From positions 32,001-96,000 of IMG/VR virus record IMGVR_UViG_3300046501_000233: a stretch of DNA of 64,000 nt. One strand, written 5' to 3'. Source of the stretch: a virus. This document shows positions 37,174-45,381 of the stretch, piece by piece (positions within the stretch are counted from its first letter, which is position 1; each line of letters begins with the position of its first letter). Both the position numbers and the translations under genes were made by a program. The notes beneath the pieces were generated by a model, which was not told where the DNA came from, ran no database searches, and worked only from the letters and a program-made list of their open reading frames with translations.

Positions 37174-37527
37174 TCACTTGGCCTTGGGTGAAAAGCATGG
37201 CCGCGCGAGGACTCCTTCGATCCAATCGTAGATCTGTGGATTGTCCCTGCGGGCCATCATAAGAAAAGGGGTAAAGAGCGAGATCACTCGCTCCTCGGTG
37301 GCGCGGCTCTTCAGGCCGCAGGCGTACCAGCAGGCGTGACCCATCTCGTGTTCGAGGGTCTCCGCGAAGGTCGCGTCGTCAACGTCGTCTCGGACCTTGA
37401 TCTTCTTCCGCGTGTGGTCGCATTCGCCGAACTGCTCGACAGCCTCGGCCTCCGCCGCCGGCCAGTGGACCAGCTCATACCGGAAGACGCCGATCTGAAT
37501 GTGCGAGGGGAGATCCTGCCGCGTCAT
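37174..37527 (-). CDS. HExxH zinc metallopeptidase-like small protein
   Basis: GECD....I.V, ETLEHEMGHA, EE....F; ATG 37527 overlaps upstream stop. Confidence 0.75.
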   Translation of the reverse strand: MTRQDLPSHIQIGVFRYELVHWPAAEAEAVEQFGECDHTRKKIKVRDDVDDATFAETLEHEMGHACWYACGLKSRATEERVISLFTPFLMMARRDNPQIYDWIEGVLARPCFSPKAK

Positions 37528-38003
37528 GGCGCATCCGCCCCGGTGCACTGGCGCACGAACTCGAACAGCGTCTTTCCTCTGAGGATGACGAAGTTCGGGT
37601 GCGGGATCGTCGGATCGTCGCCGAGCCAGCCGAGCTGGGTCAGCTTCTCGCGAAGCTTCTGCGGGTACAGGTTCCACATCAGCGCCGAAAACTCTGCGGC
37701 GTGATACGGCTTGCTGCGATCGCCGCCCTTGTAAGCAGTGGCTGAATGGAAGCCGAGCGCCGCCCTCTCGGTGGCGCAGACATTCTCCGGACGAACAATG
37801 CCGACGAAGAGCGTGCAGGCCGACATGCAGTCGCCGTCGATGACGAGCGAGCCGCCGCTGTCCCGGAGGTTCGAATAGCTCTTGACGAAGTCGACGATGA
37901 CGCCGCCCCGGTCTTCGCTGATCTTCACAGTCTGCGCGCTGGCCGGCGCCAAGGCAGCCGTCAGCAACGCGCCCGCAACCGCGAGCACGCTCAAGATCTT
38001 CAT
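37524..38003 (-). CDS. secreted ClpP/crotonase-fold-like protein of a rhizobial family
   Basis: Signal peptide ending ASA-Q; I..DRGG, IDG.C.SACT, A.LGFH.A. Confidence 0.7.
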   Translation of the reverse strand: MKILSVLAVAGALLTAALAPASAQTVKISEDRGGVIVDFVKSYSNLRDSGGSLVIDGDCMSACTLFVGIVRPENVCATERAALGFHSATAYKGGDRSKPYHAAEFSALMWNLYPQKLREKLTQLGWLGDDPTIPHPNFVILRGKTLFEFVRQCTGADAP

Positions 38004-38026
38004 GTTGTGGGTCCGTGGTGTCGGCC

Positions 38027-38230
38027 TTAGCCGAGGAAAAACCGCGTGGCGAAATAGACGAGCCAGATCAGCAGCGTTCCGGCCACGCCGACGAAGAAGC
38101 GAAACACGCCGCCGAGATCGAAGTCGAAATATCCGCCGGTGTAACTCGGCTCGCGGGGCCACGCGGCCCAAAGCCAGAGCAGAGCTGTGATTGCACCTGG
38201 GATGGCCCAGGATCCGAGTGTAATGGTCAC
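38027..38230 (-). CDS. small 2-TM membrane protein
   Basis: Two hydrophobic helices. Confidence 0.65.
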   Translation of the reverse strand: MTITLGSWAIPGAITALLWLWAAWPREPSYTGGYFDFDLGGVFRFFVGVAGTLLIWLVYFATRFFLG

Positions 38231-38454
38231 GCTATCTTCACTTCCGGAGCGTTGATGCGGATCTCGTTGGCGTTCATCGTGATCGTGCCGTACTCGGCAT
38301 CCGTGCGAACGGCTTCCGCGATATCCGCGAGACGCTCGTCCACCATCTCGGCGAAGTCGTCGAAAAGCTCATTACCCTCCTCGATCGAGGAGGAGATGAT
38401 CTTGGCCGCCGCGACGATTGCCGCAGCGAGGACGATGATTGCTGTTTCGAGCAT
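38227..38454 (-). CDS. small membrane-anchored hypothetical protein
   Basis: N-terminal hydrophobic helix; coupled start/stop. Confidence 0.55.
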   Translation of the reverse strand: MLETAIIVLAAAIVAAAKIISSSIEEGNELFDDFAEMVDERLADIAEAVRTDAEYGTITMNANEIRINAPEVKIA

Positions 38455-38723
38455 CAGATGATCTTGCAAATTCCGTGCATCGACAGTCGCGTTGGCAGCG
38501 ACCGGATGAACTGTTCGAGGGCATTAACCCGTGCCGCTGTCGGCTCCTGGTAATGCGGGCGGAGGAAAACGATGTGGTCGAACTGGCGTCCGATGAGCTG
38601 CACGTCCTGCCAGGACTTCACCCACCATTCGTCACCGGACAGCAGGAAGGCTTCCTGGTACTGCTGGGCGATCCACTGGGTATCGGCGAGGAGCAGCTTG
38701 CGCTGATTTCGGTGAGGCGTCAT
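38454..38723 (-). CDS. hypothetical protein
   Basis: Coupled ATGA junction. Confidence 0.55.
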   Translation of the reverse strand: MTPHRNQRKLLLADTQWIAQQYQEAFLLSGDEWWVKSWQDVQLIGRQFDHIVFLRPHYQEPTAARVNALEQFIRSLPTRLSMHGICKII

Positions 38724-38866
38724 GCCCACACCGACAACACGAAGATGGCCGCAAGAGCGATCGCCGCCATGGCGCCGCTGCAGAGCAGGACGCGGGTCTC
38801 GTGGGCCGAGAACTGACGCGACGGATCACCGCGATCAACCAGAGCAAACATCGAAAAAGCTTCCAT
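38720..38866 (-). CDS. small membrane protein
   Basis: GAGG RBS, C-terminal TM. Confidence 0.5.
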   Translation of the reverse strand: MEAFSMFALVDRGDPSRQFSAHETRVLLCSGAMAAIALAAIFVLSVWA

Positions 38867-39126
38867 CACGTCCTCTTGGGCGGCTCGGGTGGGAGCCATG
38901 GTGCGTCGAAGATGCCCTTCTCGGCGGCGAGGCACTTCACAGCGCGCTCGACATCGAGGATGCGACCTTCCTTGATTGCAGCGACCGGCGTCTCTCCTGC
39001 CGGCAGGTTCTCGTTGGCGGAGAGCATGAAGCTCTGCGCCTCGGCTGGGCCGACGAGCGGATCCAGCCACTTGATCATCAGGAATGCCTGCATCGCCTTC
39101 GGGCTGGTCGAGATGCTGTCACGCAT
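38866..39126 (-). CDS. hypothetical protein (weakly MbcA/ParS antitoxin C-terminal-like)
   Basis: A..F....N..L..GETP...I..GR..DV pattern. Confidence 0.5.
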   Translation of the reverse strand: MRDSISTSPKAMQAFLMIKWLDPLVGPAEAQSFMLSANENLPAGETPVAAIKEGRILDVERAVKCLAAEKGIFDAPWLPPEPPKRT

Positions 39127-39310
39127 CGCGCATCGCCATTTCCGTGATGATCTCCTCGGTACTCCGATAGAACTCATCGACGTAGAAGCGCTTCAGGCCC
39201 TTGCTGCGGGCCGCCTGGGCGCGCTGGAGCGAAGCATTGATCAACGGCAGCCGCCGATCGCCGGAGGCCGCCTTGAGGGCCAAGAAGGCCGCTGCGTAGA
39301 TCTCCTGCAT
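39119..39310 (-). CDS. hypothetical protein
   Basis: Packed ORF. Confidence 0.5.
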   Translation of the reverse strand: MQEIYAAAFLALKAASGDRRLPLINASLQRAQAARSKGLKRFYVDEFYRSTEEIITEMAMRDA

Positions 39311-39433
39311 CAGCGCCCTACCCGATCATGCCGTGGATAAGCCACGCGAGCGAAAAGCCGATGGCGCCGTCGATCATGAAGCGCTGGCGGACGTGGAAGC
39401 GGTACGCCTCCAGCTGGCGTTTCAGGCGCTTGT

Positions 39434-39736
39434 TCATGATGGGTCTCCGTGTAGGCGGACGCGATGCGTCTCCCAACCTTCGGTGTTTACGATGTTGCTT
39501 TCGATCTTCAGCGGAAAGGCTGCCCATCCGGGAAGTTCAGCATCGGCGATCTGATCGGTGTCGATCCGAACTTCTCCGACAATCGACTTCTCGAACTCGG
39601 GATGCGAGAACGGAGCGAAGACAACAACGCCCTCGCCAAAACGCTCCTGAAGCGCCGCCTTGAGGCCGACACTCGATGTCGGTTCAAGCTTTGTGATGAA
39701 GGCCCACAGCGTTCTGATGCACTCGGTCAAGGTCAC
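39434..39736 (-). CDS. hypothetical protein
   Basis: GGAGG RBS before GTG 39736. Confidence 0.55.
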   Translation of the reverse strand: MTLTECIRTLWAFITKLEPTSSVGLKAALQERFGEGVVVFAPFSHPEFEKSIVGEVRIDTDQIADAELPGWAAFPLKIESNIVNTEGWETHRVRLHGDPS

Positions 39737-40059
39737 GGCCTCCGGACGAAGTAGTCGGGGGTGTCCTGAAGGATCAGGCGGACAGCCTCCGGGGTGAATT
39801 TCTTCCACTCGTTTTCCGAGTAGCCGTGGTAGCGGGCCAGGAAACGAGCGAGGTGCTCGTGCCGCGGTCGGCGCATGTATTCGAAGAGCTTGTTGCGGTC
39901 CGCGTCGCGCTGGGCCTGGCGCTCCGTGCGCCACGCGGCGACCTTGCCGAGGAGGTCGATCGACATCAGCAGCAGAACGCCGACGATAATGGTCAGGCCG
40001 ACGCCGAAGATCGTGACGGCGACGCGCACTTCTGTCTCAACGATCTCGACCCCGGTCAT
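39733..40059 (-). CDS. membrane-anchored hypothetical protein
   Basis: N-terminal TM; GAGGAG RBS. Confidence 0.6.
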   Translation of the reverse strand: MTGVEIVETEVRVAVTIFGVGLTIIVGVLLLMSIDLLGKVAAWRTERQAQRDADRNKLFEYMRRPRHEHLARFLARYHGYSENEWKKFTPEAVRLILQDTPDYFVRRP

Positions 40060-40065
40060 GCCGGC

Positions 40066-40242
40066 CTACTCCTCGTAGCAGTAGCGAGCGGTGAAGCGCT
40101 TGGAGAGGTTGTCGCCTTCATTCTCCAGGAAGTCGGCCTGCTGGCGCAGCCACTTCGCGACCAGCTTGCGACCGCGCTTGCTCATCTCGGGGGCATCCTT
40201 GATCGTGACGATCGCGGCGCTCACCATTTTGACATCGGACAT
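40066..40242 (-). CDS. small hypothetical protein
   Basis: GGAG RBS; 58 aa. Confidence 0.6.
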   Translation of the reverse strand: MSDVKMVSAAIVTIKDAPEMSKRGRKLVAKWLRQQADFLENEGDNLSKRFTARYCYEE

Positions 40243-40259
40243 TTCGTTCTCCCCTACAG

Positions 40260-40655
40260 TTACGGCCGGCCGCGGCGGCGCGGCACTCCGACGTCCCACG
40301 TCATGTTGTAGGCCTGCTGGTTGCGGCGCTCGTCCATTCGGCGCTGTGCGATTTCCCGGCGCGACATCTCGGCGCGGCCTGGGTCAATTGCGACCATGAT
40401 GGCGACCTGCAGAGCCCGAAACAGGATCATCTGGTGGGCGACTTCCTTTGACATCGGACCGAAGCGCTCGATGCGCTCTTCCATCTGGCTGGGGATGTTT
40501 GGGCCATCAAACACCGACATCGCTGGCCGGCGCTGAAGCATCACCTCCGCGTCTCGACCACGGGGTCCGTGGTATGCGGGAAAGACGTCCCAGTTCTTGA
40601 ACTCTTCCGCGAACGCTTCGTATGCGGGCACCATGACGTGGGGAGGCAAGGACAT
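40260..40655 (-). CDS. hypothetical protein
   Basis: GGAG RBS before ATG 40655. Confidence 0.55.
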   Translation of the reverse strand: MSLPPHVMVPAYEAFAEEFKNWDVFPAYHGPRGRDAEVMLQRRPAMSVFDGPNIPSQMEERIERFGPMSKEVAHQMILFRALQVAIMVAIDPGRAEMSRREIAQRRMDERRNQQAYNMTWDVGVPRRRGRP

Positions 40656-40794
40656 GAACGGGCTCCGAAAGGGTGGACCCGTGCTGCCGAAGTGAGCGAG
40701 CAACGGGTTCCTGTTTAACTCGTTGGTTCAGCCCTCAAGGGAGAACCAGATAATTCCGATACCGAAGACGAGGCAGCCGATGGCGAAGGCGTTC

Positions 40795-41178
40795 TCAGCC
40801 ATCCTTGGGCTCCTGCTCGAAGAGGCGCGCCTGCTCGATCTTGACCGCGAGGTCCGGCACGAGGGCCAGGACGAAGTCCAACTCCGCGGCGGTGCGCAGG
40901 CCGTGCCGCGCCATGACGCAGCGGACCGCCTCTATGTTCATCTGGCGCGAAGCGCCCGCTGCAGCCCGCGCCTCCTTGCGACGTTCCGTCAGGATCTTCT
41001 CGCGCTCACCTATGGTGATGCCGATCCGGAAGAGGCCGGTGCCGGACTGATAGTCGGCGTATGCCTGCGGGCCGAGTAGCTGCTCCAGGGAGCCCATCGC
41101 GTCCTTTTCAGCGAGCCGGTGGTGGTCGAATGCGGTGTGGGCGACTAGGTTTTCAAAGTCCTCGCGGACGCTGGTCAT
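40795..41178 (-). CDS. hypothetical protein
   Basis: GGAG RBS. Confidence 0.6.
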   Translation of the reverse strand: MTSVREDFENLVAHTAFDHHRLAEKDAMGSLEQLLGPQAYADYQSGTGLFRIGITIGEREKILTERRKEARAAAGASRQMNIEAVRCVMARHGLRTAAELDFVLALVPDLAVKIEQARLFEQEPKDG

Positions 41179-41182
41179 GCGC

Positions 41183-41656
41183 TTACTCCGCTGGAATGCA
41201 GAAGGCCGCTTCAACCTTCGAGCGCATGCTGGTGAGCTGGTAGGTGGAGACGAGGCTTCCGACCGTGGCGCCGAGCAGAGCGAAGAGCACAGCCCACATG
41301 GCGACTTGGTTGGGCGCTGAATTGTCAGGCATGCGGGTCACCGAAGTGGTGGGAGAGGAGGCACCCGATGGTGCCGATGAAGAGAGCGCCGCTCGTGATG
41401 AGCAGCAGGTAGAGAACCAGCCGCGCCATCGCGGTCAGGAACTCGATGTCACCCCATGGCATCACACGATGCCGAGCCAGATCAGCCAGCCGTGGATGAC
41501 GCCGACCGGAAAGAAGACCGCACCGGCCACGAGGAACCCCCAGGACGCGGTCTTGAAGCAGACGATGACGTGGGTGAACCACGCGGCGATCGCGAGCAGG
41601 GCCGCGGCAACGGGCAGAAACAGTCCGAACATGGCGGCGGCGAAGTAACGCGGCAT
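41183..41656 (-). CDS. three tandem very small membrane proteins (41462-41656, 41325-41462, 41183-41332)
   Basis: Coupled short ORFs each with 1-2 hydrophobic helices; first has AGGAG RBS. Confidence 0.55.
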
Positions 41657-41934
41657 TCTCTCTCCTGTAGGGCGAAGCCCTCGCTGCAAATTGAAAATCC
41701 CGATCGGGAAGAAATGCCGAGACCGACAAACTCTTCCCGATCGGGAGCAGCCCGTGATCGTGCCAACCTCATGTCGCCTTGCCCTCACAGTCGCGGCGTT
41801 GAAGCGGCGGACTGGATCAGCATGGGGTTTGCGGGGCCGGACACCGCCCAATGTCCTGGTTGATAGCCAGGCCACGATCGCGGGGCAGTTGGGGACCAGT
41901 TCCCTCATCGCGAGGTGCGCCGATCCTTCCCTTT

Positions 41935-41963
41935 TTCATACAGGGGTGGTTTGCATTTGTCAA
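41935..41963 (-). promoter_or_regulatory. sigma70-like promoter TTGACA-N17-TATGAA for leftward operon, embedded in TTTGCA boxes
   Basis: Read directly on - strand. Confidence 0.7.
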
Positions 41964-42019
41964 GAGAATGCAAATGCTAATGCGCATTTACAATCTAGAG
42001 GGTTGATTCCCTTCAAGAT

Positions 42020-42330
42020 ACAACTTGGCCGATGTGTTTGCCGGTTTGCCGGCCGGCTGATCTGGCTGCGGCCCAGGGGCTCGGCGCCGATCGGCGCGCT
42101 GGCTTTGCCGGTTGGATTGCCGGTTCTGGCCGATCTCTCGGCGGCCATATTCACTGCGCAGTGAATATCCACGATCCAGCGAATATCAGCGCAGCCAGCC
42201 CCCTTGGGGGTAGGGGGAATCTTCCTGTTTCTAGGGTTGGGTTATAATATAAAGGTACAAGATGTTCGATTATCAGACATGGGATGTCTGAATTTCAGAC
42301 ATGGTATGTCGGGCAATCGAACATACCCCA
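42020..42330. repeat. non-coding repeat/palindrome cluster at the divergence point
   Basis: TTGCCGG x4, 22-bp perfect palindrome 42147-42168, AT-rich tract, duplicated TCAGACATGG.ATGTC. Confidence 0.7.
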
Positions 42331-42358
42331 CTCGTTCATTTCTTGGTTTGCGACACCC

Positions 42359-42568
42359 ATGGCGCTCCCTACTCCGAAGCCTTACACGCACGTCCGGCTG
42401 ATCGAGGACAAGCACCAGATCGACCGCTTTGAGGTCCGCGTTTCGACCTTTGTCGAGTTCGATGACAATCCCGGCCGGCGCGCCATCAGCGGCCTGCCCA
42501 CCAGGGAGGAAGCGATGCGGATCGCCAAGGAGATTGCACGGGCCAAGCGGGTCGAGGAGGGCTTCTGA
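42359..42568 (+). CDS. small hypothetical protein (rhizobial family)
   Basis: FEVR...F.FDD.P.RR......REEA...AK..AR pattern. Confidence 0.6.
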   Translation: MALPTPKPYTHVRLIEDKHQIDRFEVRVSTFVEFDDNPGRRAISGLPTREEAMRIAKEIARAKRVEEGF

Positions 42569-42610
42569 TCCGTCAACAGATCACAGCCGGCGTCGTGGAC
42601 CGTTAACGGA

Positions 42611-42901
42611 TCACTGATCGCGGATCAGCTTGCGTCGGTTGCGCCAGACAGGGTCTTTGGATCGGGAGTGATAGACCGGCTCCCCCTTCGGATGGAGCGC
42701 CTGCATCAGGCCGATCCTGGCGAAATCAGCCGGCCCGCCATTGGCGGCAAGCATCAGCGCCTCAGTCGCGGTCTGCCACACCGTGAGCTTCTGGGTCTTG
42801 GGCGGAAGTTTGAGGATGAAGTCGCGGGCGTCGGCAAGCGTGCGGATGCTGCCCCCATCAGGAAGCGGCACCGGTTCGGCAAAGGACGCATGCCAGGACA
42901 T
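42611..42901 (-). CDS. Bradyrhizobium-type conserved hypothetical protein
   Basis: W...F.EP.PLP.G....TL.DA..I..LP, WQ.A.EALML.A..GP..FARIG. Confidence 0.7.
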   Translation of the reverse strand: MSWHASFAEPVPLPDGGSIRTLADARDFILKLPPKTQKLTVWQTATEALMLAANGGPADFARIGLMQALHPKGEPVYHSRSKDPVWRNRRKLIRDQ

Positions 42902-42907
42902 GCCGGA

Positions 42908-43126
42908 TCAACCGGTGGCGGCCGGCGGAGTTCCGTCTTCTTCAGGGCGAAGCCCTCGCCGCTCTTGCTCATCCTGAGCCTGCTTTCGCGCGACCCTGCG
43001 CAATTCCTCGGCTTCTCGAAACTCGACGCGCTCCTTGCGCCACGCGGCCCGCCTCTCCCGCACCGCATCCCATTTCGCCTTGAGGGTGGCAGCCTTCTCA
43101 GCCTGCCTCTTCGTCATCTTCTTCAT
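42908..43126 (-). CDS. small basic coiled-coil protein
   Basis: Short charged ORF upstream of previous gene. Confidence 0.45.
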   Translation of the reverse strand: MKKMTKRQAEKAATLKAKWDAVRERRAAWRKERVEFREAEELRRVARKQAQDEQERRGLRPEEDGTPPAATG

Positions 43127-43253
43127 GGCGCCCACATAGCAGCAAATGGCCTTTTAGGCAGCGCCGCGCGACGGTGAACCTCCCGAATAGGGAGGGGTCT
43201 TTTCCAAGGCCACCCCCCTGTTTGTCCCAAATGTGTATACAAATTTGGGACAG

Positions 43254-44021
43254 CTACGCGGACTTGATGGCGGCGACACGCGGGTGCACCTGCGCACCAC
43301 GTCGCAGCGCGACTTCTTTGGCCTCAGCGTTGGCGTTCTTGAGCTGCTGCCTCACCTCGTCGTTGTCGTTGCTGGCCGGCCAACCTATCGCGTGCGGCAG
43401 CGGCGTGTGTGTCGCCAGCGCCAGGGCGACATCGAGCCCGTGCGACTTACCGAATACCGAGAACAGCCGGTGGATGTCGCGGTGGATCCAGCGGATGTTG
43501 CCTTCGCGGTACGGCAGCGTGTCATCCCGCCGGTCGAGCATCGCCGTGCGGGGCATCTTCGGCAGGTCATTGAGCCGCAGCGGCGTGCCAGTCGCCGAGC
43601 ACCGGCCCTTCTGTTCTTCATAGGCGCGTAGCGCCGCGCCGGTGTCGAGGTCGAACACGGCGCCGTGCAGCCGCGCCTGATCACCCATGGCGGCGAATGC
43701 GGCAGGATCGATGCTGACCTCGTCGGCCCGCGATTTCATCTTCAGTTCGTGCGTAGCACGCCGCGCCGCTCGCTCATTGGCGGCATCCCTGTCTCGGGCA
43801 TCGCGCTCGATGGTCACGCAGCCCACGCACTTCAGGCGGCCCCGATCGTATTTGAACTGACCAGGGATGATCCACTGCTCGTGGTCGCAGTCGATGCAGG
43901 CGCACAGCCAAGGGATCGCCTGCCCATTGATGGATGGCTCTACGACAGGGCCGCGGCGCAACGCCAGCCAGCCTCCATAGACCTTGCCTGTGTGATCTTC
44001 GGGTTCTCGGCCGCGGGGCAT
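43254..44021 (-). CDS. HNH-like (His-Me finger) endonuclease, possibly degenerate
   Basis: D.TG..YG.W...WLC.C.DC N-terminus; QKGRC..TG..L, LDR.D....Y..GNIRWI; AGGAG RBS. Confidence 0.7.
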   Translation of the reverse strand: MPRGREPEDHTGKVYGGWLALRRGPVVEPSINGQAIPWLCACIDCDHEQWIIPGQFKYDRGRLKCVGCVTIERDARDRDAANERAARRATHELKMKSRADEVSIDPAAFAAMGDQARLHGAVFDLDTGAALRAYEEQKGRCSATGTPLRLNDLPKMPRTAMLDRRDDTLPYREGNIRWIHRDIHRLFSVFGKSHGLDVALALATHTPLPHAIGWPASNDNDEVRQQLKNANAEAKEVALRRGAQVHPRVAAIKSA

Positions 44022-44149
44022 TTTACTCTCCTGTGAAGCGATGCGCTTGCATTTGCATTATCACAAATGGACACAGGATGCAAGAGGCGGCTCGTAAATG
44101 GTCTTTTGGAGATGCAAAGTTTGGATGTGTTGGCCAACACCGGGGGCCA

Positions 44150-44490
44150 TGTTCAATAAAAAAAACCTCAATGTTATCAACGACTTGCACCTAGGATAAT
44201 GTTCTGAGAAGGCTAGGATGATTTTCACTTTCCTTGATTGTATTCCTGTCAAGAATTGCATTCTCATTTTCACTCACAGTTTCGTGATGCAATTATTTTC
44301 GGGTTCCAAGGGTTCACGGGCAGGAAAATGATAACGAGCGCACGGAATCGTTTTCACTCTCACAAGCCATTGAAATCATTCAACAATCTTTGTCCGAAGG
44401 CGTGCGCTTTTCTCTGATTTCGAATGAAAATGGAATTTGTTCCTGCTCTAAGTCATTGATTTCTCTACTCTTATTATTTTAGCATTTTCA
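44150..44490. promoter_or_regulatory. AT-rich tract with IHF-consensus sites
   Basis: TATCAACGACTTG 44175-44187 and TAAGTCATTGATT 44449-44461 match WATCAANNNNTTR; near match 44363-44375. Confidence 0.65.
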
Positions 44491-44491
44491 T

Positions 44492-44520
44492 TTGCGTTCC
44501 TGTCTGTGTACCCATAGATT
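44492..44520 (+). promoter_or_regulatory. sigma70-like early promoter TTGCGT-N17-TAGATT with AT-rich upstream element
   Basis: Exact 17-bp spacing at the AT-to-GC boundary. Confidence 0.65.
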
Positions 44521-44595
44521 GAATTCAAGAGAGAGACGCGGCGGCCACGGCGGCCACTCTCTAGGGGCAAGCGGTGACGCTTCCCTCCCATCTGC

Positions 44596-45244
44596 GGGAT
44601 AGAGGCTAGGCGAAAGGAGATTGTTCTAGGTTGCTAGGTTGCAAGTATGCAGTAGCGAAAATGAAGTCATGAGCGCCTAGTCGCGTTCCCCCTAGGGGGC
44701 ATGACAGATTGAGTAGTGAGCGAAAGCAATCCGTGCAGTGCAAGGCGGACCAATGGCGGACACGCGCAAGCGTAGGTTTCCGGCGGGATGCAATGAGACT
44801 GGCAGGCAATGGCCTTCAATGGCCACTAGGGCAATCGAGTTTCGCGCGGGCATGAGACGCGGCCGACGACGAGTCGGATGAATACTATCGGAAAGCCCTA
44901 TTCAGTTAGGTAAGCCGGTAGCAACGCGGGCGGACATTACGCCATGAACCTTGTACGGGCAGGTAACCAATCCTGTTTCCATGCATTTCATGCGGCGATC
45001 TATTGCGAGACGATAGACTGCTAGGCCTCTCATGGCGTGGTGCAAACCGTGAAAATCGAAACCCTGTTGCAATGCCAAGCTTTGGGCAATTCGATTTTCT
45101 GACAGGTACAGCGCTCAATTCATAGCTTGACCATAGGCCAAAACGTATCGCTTTCGCCACGCCGTTTGCGTGGGGCTTACGCTTGGAAATGTGGCCATTG
45201 AACTAGCCTTGTCCGACTCCCTGTTTCACAAAAACCCCTATCCC
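44596..45244 (+). ncRNA. large, highly structured non-coding RNA candidate (~650 nt)
   Basis: Nested long-range helices, GNRA tetraloops, candidate pseudoknots, G-U wobbles favouring + strand, no + strand ORF in the track. Confidence 0.78.
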
Positions 45245-45381
45245 TAAGCCAACAGAGTTCGAGCGTCGCTTCAACCCGCGCTCGGACTCTGTCTGTGCTT
45301 TGCCATCTCGGCAAGTCCACACGGTGCATTTGCCCGGATGGCAATCAAGCCATACCGCACACCCAATGGAGTACACTTCCC

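Noticed and set aside
44590-45220. Group I intron reading of the large RNA (TGCGGGA, GCAATCCGTGC, GAGACT, GTCCGA resemble P/Q/R/S elements)
   Set aside because: The P7 partner reads TTGTCC rather than YAGTCC, J8/7 is non-canonical and no interrupted host gene flanks it; at most a distant derivative, needs cmscan
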